DNA from: an uncultured Chloroflexia bacterium
GTDB taxonomy: Bacteria; Chloroflexota; Anaerolineae; Anaerolineales; Anaerolineaceae
NCBI GenBank assembly: GCA_963752685.1
Contig: CAVVZR010000008.1
Coordinates: forward strand, 1,931,825-1,995,824
Length of the DNA: 64,000 nt
Direction: 5' to 3'
Part shown: in pieces, positions 54,756-64,000 of the stretch
Position numbering within the stretch: position 1 is the first letter of the stretch
Layout: every line of letters begins with the position of its first letter
Made by a program: the position numbers and the translations under genes
Notes under the pieces: model-generated
The model's input: the letters and a program-made list of their open reading frames with translations, nothing else
Databases searched by the model: none
Told to the model about the DNA's origin: nothing

Positions 54756-57700
54756 ATGCCTGATAAAACCACACCCACAAACGACCTAGACCAATTGAAA
54801 CGTGCTTTGAGCGCGTTGAAAAAAGCGCACGCTCGCATCACCGCCCTTGAGCAAGCGCGTTCAGAACCGATTGCCATTGTTGGAATGGGCTGCCGCCTGC
54901 CAGGTAAAGCCAACTCGCCGCAGCATTCTGGCAGCTGCTGCGCGAGGGCCGCAGCGGAATGACCCAGGCGCCTGCAGAGCGTTGGGATACAACTGCTTTT
55001 CAGGCATCCTCCCCAGATGAGCCGGGCAAAATGCAGTCATCTTTGGGTGGTTTTATCAACAACGTCGACCAGTTCGACCCCCATTTTTTTGGCATTTCGC
55101 CCCGCGAAGCCAATGCAATGGATCCCCAGCAGCGCCTGACGCTCGAAGTGGTCTGGGAAGCGCTCGAAGATGCCGGTATTGTCCCTGCCGGCCTGGCCGG
55201 CAGCTCCACCGGTGTTTTTATTGGGATCGGGATCAATGATTATGGTCGCTTGCAGATCCCCGCGCAGGCTGGCTGACCCCAGCATGATCGACAATTACTT
55301 CCTCCAGGGAAATGCCTTTTGCATTACCCCCAATCGCGTCTCCTACGCGCTCGACCTTCAAGGCCCCAGCATGGCGATCGACACCGCCTGTTCAGCATCC
55401 CTGGTCGCCATTCATACTGCCTGTGCAAGCCTTCACAACGGGGATAGCTCTCTGGCCCTTGTCGGCGGCTCGAACGTGATGCTCGCTCCCGATAAATCGA
55501 TCGGTCTGGGAAAATTTTTCGCACCAGATGGCCATTGCAAAGCCTTCGATTCTCGAGCCAATGGTTATACCCGTGGCGAAGGCTGCATTATCTTGGTACT
55601 GAAAAGGCTGTCCGATGCCGATCACGTCCCATGACCGCATTTATGCGCTGATCCGGGGCAGCGCCATAAACCAAGATGGCTTCAGCAGCGGTTTGACCGT
55701 ACCCAACGGGGTAGCCCAGGAAGCCATGCTGGGCACAGCCCTAAAAAATGCCGGTCTCGCAGCCAGGCGATATGGATTATATCGAAGCTCATGGTACCGG
55801 CACTTCTCTGGGCGACCCAATTGAAGCCAATGCCCTGGGGCAGTTTTTGCCAGCGGGCATAAAGCCGGCGCAGGAACTGCTCATTGGTTCGGTAAAAACC
55901 AATATTGGTCATCTGGAAGCCGGGCAGGCATCGCGGGCTTGTTCAAGATTGTCCTGGCCCTGTACCACCGGGAAATTCCACCCAGTTTAAATTATATTGA
56001 ACCCAATCCCATGATTGACTTTGCTACCCTGCGCCTAAGGTGGTCACCCAATTAACGCCCTGGCCGCAGAGCGACCACCGCCCCGCGCAGGGGTCAGTTC
56101 CTTTGGATTTGGCGGGGCCAATGCACATGTGATTGTTGAAGCCTTTCCCGATGAACTGTACCTCCGCGTCAACCATGCCCTGCAACGGACCGCAAGCCAT
56201 CTACTCACCCTATCGGCCAAGACCCCCAAGCTCTCACCCAATCCGCCCAAAATTTGGCAACCTTCTTGCGCGCCAACCCTGGGCTTGCCCCGGAGGATGT
56301 TTGTTACACCGCCAACCGGCGCCGTTCGCATTTCACTCACCGTCTGGCGTCGTCTCCCTGACCGGCCCGGATTTGCCAAATCTGGACGCATTCGCGGATG
56401 GCAAACCCGCTCCAATGGATCAGCGCTCAGGTTCAGCGCGCCAAGCAAAGTCGCTTTTTTATTCACCGGTCAGGGCTCGCAATATGTAGGCATGGGTACC
56501 CCGCTTTTCAGACACAGCCCGTTTTCCGTGCCATTATGGATCGCTGCGCCGCCATCTTTCAGCAGGAGACGGGCGAATCGCTGTTCGCGATTCTCTATCC
56601 GGCTGAAACCACTCTGCACCCTCCAGGGTACGAGGAACATTAAAAATCAACCATACTACTTACACCCAACCAGCGCTTTTTGCCATCGAATATGCCCTGG
56701 CTGAGCTATGGCGCTCCTGGGGGGTTGAACCCGCGTGGTGATGGGGCATAGCATTGGTGAATATGTGGCAGCATGTGTTGCCGGGGTCATGAGCCTGGAA
56801 GATGGCATGAATCTGGTTACGGCCCGCGGCCGGCTGATGGGCGCGCTGCCCGAGGGGGGGTGATGGCAGCTGTCTTCGCCCCTCTAGAACGCGTCCAGCA
56901 AGAACTAGCGGCCCTTGGTTTCGATCGCGGCCATCAATGGCCCTGATAGTATCGTCATCTCCGGTGCTCCGCTGCCGTGCAAGAAATATTGGACCGGTTC
57001 AACGAGCAGGGCGTCCAAACCCGTAAATTGGTCGTCTCTCACGCCTTCCATTCCCCGCTCATGGATCCAATACTGGATGAATTTGAGCAGGTGGCGGCCA
57101 CCTGCCCGTTTCACCCCCCAGAATTCCTCTGATCTCCAATATCACCGGTCGTCCATTTGCATCGGGCGAAATTCCCGATGCGGCTTACTGGCGCACACGT
57201 CCGCTCAGCAGTCAATTTTGCCGCCGGAATGGGCTGCACTGCATGACTTCGGGATTTCTACATCCTGGAGACAGCCTCACCCGGCCCTGATAGCCTCGGG
57301 AAGCGCTGTATTCCGGATGAGCGTGATGATCCTACCGGAGGGTGTAAAAACCTGTGGCTGCCTTCTCTGCGTCAAGCGCAAATCGATGACCTGCAAATGC
57401 AAAAAAGCCTGGCAGCTTTCTACTGCCTTGGTCAGGAAATAGATTGGGCCGCGGTAGAGAGTCAGCGCCCGGGCAAACTCACCACCTTGCCCACCTATCC
57501 CTTCCAGCACGAGCGGTTCTGGTTCCAGACCTCTACTGAGGGGCGTTCACCAAAATCTTCCCGCAGCCACTCCGCTCCCTCCGAACGGCCGCTTCTCGGC
57601 AGCCGCCTGCGCTCTCCCCTGATCAAAGACATTGTCTTTGAGACGCACATCGATGCCCAATCGCTCGGTTATTTGTGGGACCACCGCGCTTTTGGCACGG

Positions 57701-60700
57701 GCATTTTCCCGGCCAGCGCTTTCGCCGAAATGGGCCTGTCTGCCGCAAGTATTTTGGATCCAGACCTGCGCTATGTGTTGGAGGATCTGACCATCCAGGA
57801 TTCATTGATCCTGCCGGATGAAGGTGATGTCACCTTACAAATCGTCATCGCCCCGGAAGCAGACGGCCAGAAGACCCTGAAGTTTTTCAGCGCCTCCACC
57901 ACATCCTTGAAAGAGGAGAATAACGGTTGGACGCTTCATGCCTATGCGAAGCTCAGGCCGTCCACCGGTCAACCACCAGATGCCTTCAGCCTCTTCCAGG
58001 CCCAAAGCGCCTGCCCGAACCCAATCAACCCACAGGAATATTATCAATTCCTCAATCAAATGGGAATGGAATATGGTCCGGCTTTCCAAAATATACATAT
58101 GCTCTGGCGAGGCGATTTACAAGCACTTGCTCATGTGCAGCTCCCAGGTGAAACCCCTACAGCCGGATACGTCATCCATCCTGCGCTGCTGGACGCGTGC
58201 ATTCAGACGATCGGCGCGACCCTACCCGACACGCTCGAGGTTTTCCTCCCCCTGGCATTCGAGCAAATCGAGTTGATTGCCGATCCCGGCTCCGATGTGT
58301 GGAGTCATGTGCGCATCTATCCTGGTGAGAATCCCAAATCATTTAATTGTGACATGACCCTTTTTGGCGTCGACGGGCAAGAAGTGGGTCGCATCACCGG
58401 TCTGCGTATGAAGCGCGCCACACGATTGTCTATCCAGCGCCTGGTCCGACGCAGCCCCGGCCACTCATTGTTCGCCGATTGGCTGTACCGGATGGAATGG
58501 CACAAGCAAGCGATCCAACCTGACCCGACACCCGGTGCTCTCCCGACCCGCTGGTTGATCCTGGCGGAAGATGATTACTACGCAGGTCTGGCTTCATTGA
58601 TTCCTGGCGCGCTGATCGCATCTCCCGCAGACGCCATTCGCCAGACCACTGCAGACCGGTGGGACTACAATCCCGCACGACCTGAAGATTTTTCATCCCT
58701 GATCCAGGCCACCCAACCCGAGGGAGTTGTTTGCCTTACGGGCGATCTTCAAACGGCTTTGCATCTGCTTCAGGCAGTTCTGTTCCTTGGGCTCGACCTC
58801 GCCCCAGGTCTGGCTCGCCACCTCCGGCCCGCCTCGTGCCCAGCCCGTTCTGGGCGGGGAATCCGGCGCGGACAACCTCAGTCGTTTCCCAGGCAGGATG
58901 TCCACGGGCCTGGCGCGTTCTGACTCGCCAGGAGTACCCTGACCTCCACTTGCATCCTGGTCGATCTTGATCCGGCTTCTTTACCCTGCCGTTGCACAAT
59001 GTACAGCAACCTTCTGCACTTAAATCCAGAGTTCAGGACAGCGAAACAACGAGGTAGCCTACCGCAACGATATGCGTTACGTGTCGCTGCTGGAGGTGGT
59101 ACTTGCTTTTTGCATGCCACTAAATTTAGGAGCTTCTCCGGTTAGAGATCACCGAGCGCGGCACCATCGATGGTTTTATTCCTGAAGCCCCATGCAGCGC
59201 GATCCGCTGTCTGCCGGCGAGGTTGAGATTGATGTTCGTGCAACCGGCTCAACTTCCCCTATGTGCTCAATACCCTCGATATGTATCCGGGCGATGCCTG
59301 CTTGTTGGGGCAGAGTCCAGCGGAATTGTCACTGCGGTTGCTGGTGCTGACACCCATTTTTACCCGGGTGACCCTGTGTTGGGACTGGCAACGCGAGTTT
59401 TGCCTCCTTTGCAGTGGCCCGGCCGAATTTGTCGTCCGTAAACCTGTAAATGAGCTTCGAACAGGCGGCCACCATCCCAATCGCATTTCTAACCGCCGAA
59501 TATGCCTTCAACACCCTAGGAAAGATCGAGCCTGGCGAAAGAGTGTTAATTCATGCCGCGGCCGGCGAGTCGGCCTGGCGGCGGTCCAACTAGCAAAATT
59601 AGCAGGGGCGAAAATTTATGTTACCGCCTGCTCGCCCGAAAAACGCGCCCTGTTACAAACTATGGGCGTGAAGATGTATGGATTCCCGTTCGTTAGCATC
59701 TGCGATGAAATCCTGCTCGAAACTGGCGGCGGGGAGTGCACATAGTGCCCGATTCCCTGGCGGATGACTTCATCCCCGCCAGTTTCGACGTTCTCCGCCC
59801 GTGCGGGCGATTCCTGGAAATCGGCAAACGCGGGATCTGGACTTATGCGCAGGTGGCAGCGCTCGGGAAAAATATCGCTTATCACATCATTTATTTGGGC
59901 GAGGTGACCGAGCAGGATTTACAGCTTATAGGCGGCCTGTTCGGGGGCTTCATCGCTCAATTTAAAAATGCGGCCCTTCATCCGCTCCCTATCGCGTTTT
60001 TCCATTCTACCCAGGCAGCAGATGCCTTCCGGTATATGGCCCAGGCGCGTCACGTCGGCAAGCTTGTTCTCACTCAGCCGCCATCTCCACCCCGCCTCCC
60101 CCGCAGATCCTACCTGATGCCATCTGATCTCTGGTGGCCTTGGTGGCATTGGCCTGACTGTCGCCGGGCAGTTGGTTGAAATCCGGAGCCCGCCCTGATT
60201 CTTGTGGAGCCGCCGTCCCCCTTCCGCCGGGGCCCAAGCCGTTATCGCATAGATCCAGGCGAATACATCAGAACCGGTCGACGATCACCCCGCATCAAGC
60301 GGACATGAAGGATAATGCCCAGGTTCAAAGCCTGTTGATCTGATTGAAAAAGACATTACCCCCCCGCCGGGATCATCCATTGCCGCCGGTGTGCTACATT
60401 GATGGGGTATTCCCCCACCAAAATTGGTCACGCTTCCCAGGTGCTCGCCCCCCAACCTTAACGCGGCCCTCCACCTGCACTGCCTGACGGCACATTTTTC
60501 CCTGGATTTCTTTGTGATGTTTTCCGCGGGGCTGGCTGGTCTGGCACTGCAGGACAAAGTGGCTATGCCGCAGCCAATACCGCGGTAGATGCCCTGGTCT
60601 GATTACCACGGGGCGCGGTTTACCGGCGGTCAGCATCGCCTGGGGGGACTGCCAGGTAGGCATGGCGGCCCGCATGAACAAAGCAAACCAGGGAACGCTT

Positions 60701-61342
60701 GAGCCGGCAGGGTTTCTGGCATGATCGCCCCGGAAGAAGGCGGGCAGATATTCGATAAGACCCTCAGAAAAGCACGGCGCGTTGGTGTACTCCCGATAGA
60801 CTGGCTGAATTTTGCGACGCGCACCCAATAGCCCCCGCGCTTCAGCGAACTCGGCGGGACCTCCGCGCAACCGCCAGCCTTCCTCCTTCCGCCAACCCTC
60901 CGGCACAAGATAATAATCGGGGGCTAACCAAAGCCCCCCTGAATAAACGTAAACCACTGCTGCAAGCCCATGTGAGCGAACAAGCCATGCGTGTTGGGGT
61001 AAGCGCCACCTATAAACTAGATTTCGCCCAGCCGCTGCGCGAAATTGGCATGGATTCCTAATGGCTGTCGAGTTGCGCAACGTCATCTCCGCCAGCTTTC
61101 AGCTCAAATTACCTTCCACCCTGCTATTCGATTACCCCACTATCGATGCGCTCACGTCTATCTGACAAGCGAGATTTGGCCAAGCCCTTCGCCACAGCCG
61201 TTGCGCAAAACCAAGAGAAATCAGCTCAAAATAAAACCGCTCGAACGCAGCCGAAATCCAAGACCTTTCCGACGATGAAGCCGAAGCAGCGCTCCTGGCC
61301 GAGTTGGAGAAACCAAAGCGCAAAGAAAAGGTGCCTGCATGA
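54756..61342 (+). pseudogene. Type I PKS module 3 (N-docking-KS-AT-DH-psiKR-ER-KR-ACP-C-docking), heavily frameshifted
   Basis: [52 protein letters not shown] motifs [34 protein letters not shown] motifs [30 protein letters not shown]: the 57397-58923 ORF with WDHRAFGTGIFPASAF. ER remnants GEVEIDVRATGLNFPYV and [27 protein letters not shown] remnant DFFVMFSAGLAG. ACP remnant LGMDS|LMAVELRN. Tail LSDDEAEAALLAELEKP. Confidence 0.7.
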
Positions 61343-64000
61343 CCTCCGATTCCTCCACCCCCGAACTATCCCCAATCAAACGCGCGTTGATTGAAATTCG
61401 CAATCTGCGTGCGCGGCTTGACCAATTGGAAGAGCCCAGAACGAACCAATCGCGATCATCGGCATGGGCCTGCGCTTTCCAGGCGATGCCAACGATGCCG
61501 ACAGCTTTTGGCAGATTGCTGCATGACGGTGTGGATGCGATCACCGAGGTTCCACCTGAAAGGTGGAGCCTGGAAGATTCTACGATGAGGATGTTTCCAT
61601 CCCGGGAAAAATGACCACGCGCTACGGCTCGTTTATTAAAGAATATCGACCAGTTCGATGCGGCATTTTTCGGTATTTCCCCCCGCGAAGCCATCAGCAT
61701 GGATCCGCAGCAGCGTCTGCTGCTCGAAACCAGCTGGGAAGCGCTAGAAAATGCCGGCCAATCCACCGAAAAACTGCTGGGAACCCAGACCGGTGTCTTT
61801 ATTGGCATTTCCAACAGCGACTACTTTCGCATGCTGATCAGCGACCCGCGAGAAGATCGACACCTATGCTGGCACCGGCGGCACATTGAGCGTCGCGGCC
61901 GGCAGGATATCCTATTTGCTCGGGCTGCAAGGCCCGGCAATGGCGGTGGACACAGCCTGTTCATCCTCGCTGGTCGCCCTTCATCTGGCCTGCCAGAGCC
62001 TGCGCCACAAGGAATGCAACCTGGCGCTGGTGGGCGGGGTGAACCTGATTTTGTCGCCCGAAATCAATATCAACTTCTCCAAAGCCGGGATGATGGCGCT
62101 TGACGGCCGCTGCAAGACCTTCGATGCCCAGGCCGATGGCTATGTGCGCGGCGAAGGCTGCGCCGTGGTGGTGATCAAGCGCCTGTCGGATGCCGTCGCC
62201 GACAGGGACAACATCCTGGCGGTGATCCGCGGATCGGCGATCAACCAGGACGGCCGCAGCAGTGGGTTGACCGCGCCCAACGGCCCATCTCAGGAAGCTG
62301 TCATTCGCGCCGCGCTGCGGTCTGCCCAGGTGTGAGCCGCAGCCAGGTGGGCTATGTCGAGGCGCACGGCACCGGCACCTCCCTCGGCGATCCGATCGAA
62401 GTGCGCGCGCTCGGCGCGGTATACGGATCGGGCCGCGATCCCGCCATCCTTTACAGGTCGGCTCGGTGAAAACCAACATCGGTCATCTGGAAGCCGCCGC
62501 CGGGATAGCGGGTGTGCTCAAGGTGGTATTGGCGTTGCAGCACGGAGAGATACCGCCTCATCTGCACTTTTCCACGCCCAACCCGCACATCGCCTGGAAC
62601 GAATATCCCGATCGAGGTGCCCATAAACTGCATGCCCTGGCAGCCTCTGGAAGGCCGCCGCCTGGCCGGGGTTAGTTCCTTTGGATTTAGCGGCACCAAT
62701 GCCCATATCATCCTCGAAGAGGCACCCGCGCCTGAAGCGCTAACTGAAATGCCGGATGCATCTGGGTCAAAGCCAACGGCCGATCTCAACGATACTGGTC
62801 GCGCTTTGTTGTTCTCCTTTTCAGCCCGGTCTGAAAGCGCCTTGCGAGATCTGGTCAAAAATTATCAAAACTATCTCTCCACCAGGTCGCTTTCTGCGCC
62901 GGAAATGCAAACTCTTGCCCACACCCTATCCGCCGGCAGGACGCATTACACCCAACGCCTGGCAGTCGTCGCATCCGGCTCTGCGCAACTGAACGAACAG
63001 TTGGCCGCCTACACCGCCAATCAAAAAACAGCCGCCTGGTGGAAAGGTAAACAGCCGGGCAACACCGCGCTTCCCGTCGTCTTTTTATTCACAGGTCATG
63101 GTTCGCATTACGTCAACATGGGGCGCGAGCTGTATGAAAGTGTGCCTATCTTCCGCCAGGTTATGGACCAATGCGATCAACTGCTGCGCGCCTACCTGCC
63201 TGTTCCCCTCTTATCCGTGCTCTATCCAACACTCACCGAAGCTGGCAGCGACCTCACCACGCAGGCCAACTTAAACGATATGACCTATGGCCAGCCGGCC
63301 ATGTTTGCCCTGGAATACGCCCTCGCCACCATGTGGCGCTCTTGGGGCATCGAGCCGGCCGCGTTGGCGGGTCACAGCCTGGGCGAATATGCGGCAGCCG
63401 CCTTTGCGGGTGTGCTCAGCCTGGAAGATGCCCTGCTGTTGATCGCGGAACGTGGGCGCTTGATGCAGCAGCTCCCCGAAGACGGTCTGATGGTCACGGT
63501 CTTCGCCGACGAAGAACGTGTGGTAGCCCAGGTGGAGCCCTACGCAGCCGAGGTTTCTATCGCGGCGATTAACAGCCCCGAAACCATTGTGATTTCCGGC
63601 CGGCGCGAATCCGTGCAAAAGGTGGTAGATCAGTTGACCGCCCAGGGAATTCGTACTCGCCCATTGAATATCTCCCGCGCGGCGCACTCCCCAATGGTCG
63701 AAGCCATGCTCCCCGGCATCGCCGAGACAACTGCCCACCTGCGTTTCGCTCCACCCCAAATCGAGTTCTTCTCAACCGTCACCGGTGAGGTGATCAGTGA
63801 GGGTCTCACCCAACCTACCTACTGGCAGCGCCATTTACGCCAGACGGTGCGCTTCGCCGATGCCGTGCAGGCCCTTTACTCTGCCGGATACCGTTGTTTC
63901 CTGGAGATAGGCCCTCATCCAACCCTGATCAACCTGGGGCAGCGCACCATCAGCGGGGTCGATCCGGTCCTTTGGCTGCCTTCCCTGCGCGAAAATCAGC
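61339..64000 (+). CDS. Type I PKS module 4, partial at window end. The KS carries several frameshifts; the KS-AT linker and AT read as one open frame from ~62668 to 64000
   Basis: [33 protein letters not shown]...[20 protein letters not shown] (frameshifted), [65 protein letters not shown]: [38 protein letters not shown]. Confidence 0.75.

Noticed and set aside
60394-61086. 230-aa minus-strand ORF in the module 3 KR/ACP region
   Set aside because: It is antisense to KR/ACP remnants (FFVMFS..., LMAVELRN) that read on the plus strand.
43356-64000. Possibility that the PKS is a trans-AT or hybrid NRPS-PKS system
   Set aside because: Every module carries its own AT domain with a GHSxG motif. 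No condensation, adenylation or PCP-only domains were seen.
1-64000. CRISPR arrays, integrons or intact IS elements
   Set aside because: There are no regularly spaced direct repeats. There are no transposase or integrase ORFs, and no terminal inverted repeats flanking any ORF. The only tandem repeat is the in-frame 39-bp linker duplication.

Overview
This is a bacterial chromosomal segment of moderately high GC content. The phylum cannot be assigned from sequence alone.

The first ~27 kb carries ordinary housekeeping and accessory genes:
- A secreted PQQ-like propeller protein, a DegV-family protein, a GT2 glycosyltransferase and a NUDIX hydrolase.
- A signal-peptide-bearing ammonium transporter, an alpha-oxoamine synthase, an MscS channel, an SDR epimerase and a PIG-L deacetylase.
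- A three-gene PAS/Cache sensor, 5TMR-LytS-type histidine kinase and CheY-like receiver unit.
- A glycoside-uptake locus: a GH3 beta-glucosidase plus an Opp/Dpp-type ABC importer with a Tat-lipoprotein binding protein.

Next come a divergently oriented MalT/LAL-type LuxR regulator, a flotillin, a small P-loop kinase and a GT4/Wzx/AsnB-like glycan-biosynthesis trio.

The last ~22 kb is the notable part. A Notum/pectin-acetylesterase-like lipoprotein, a type II thioesterase and an Sfp-type PPTase sit directly upstream of a colinear cis-AT modular type I PKS. At least four single-module polypeptides are joined by matching N- and C-terminal docking helices:
- Module 1: KS-AT-DH-ER-KR-ACP.
- Module 2: KS-AT-KR-ACP.
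- Module 3: KS-AT-DH-ER-KR-ACP.
- Module 4: KS-AT, continuing beyond the window end.
No thioesterase, loading module or NRPS domains fall inside the window.

A major caveat is that many genes are broken by single-base frameshifts. These include the histidine kinase, the LAL regulator, Wzx, AsnB and all PKS modules, and module 1 also carries one nonsense codon. Disruption is strongly concentrated in PKS modules 2-3. From sequence alone I cannot tell homopolymer sequencing errors from genuine decay of the cluster. No tRNA, rRNA, CRISPR array or intact IS element was found.
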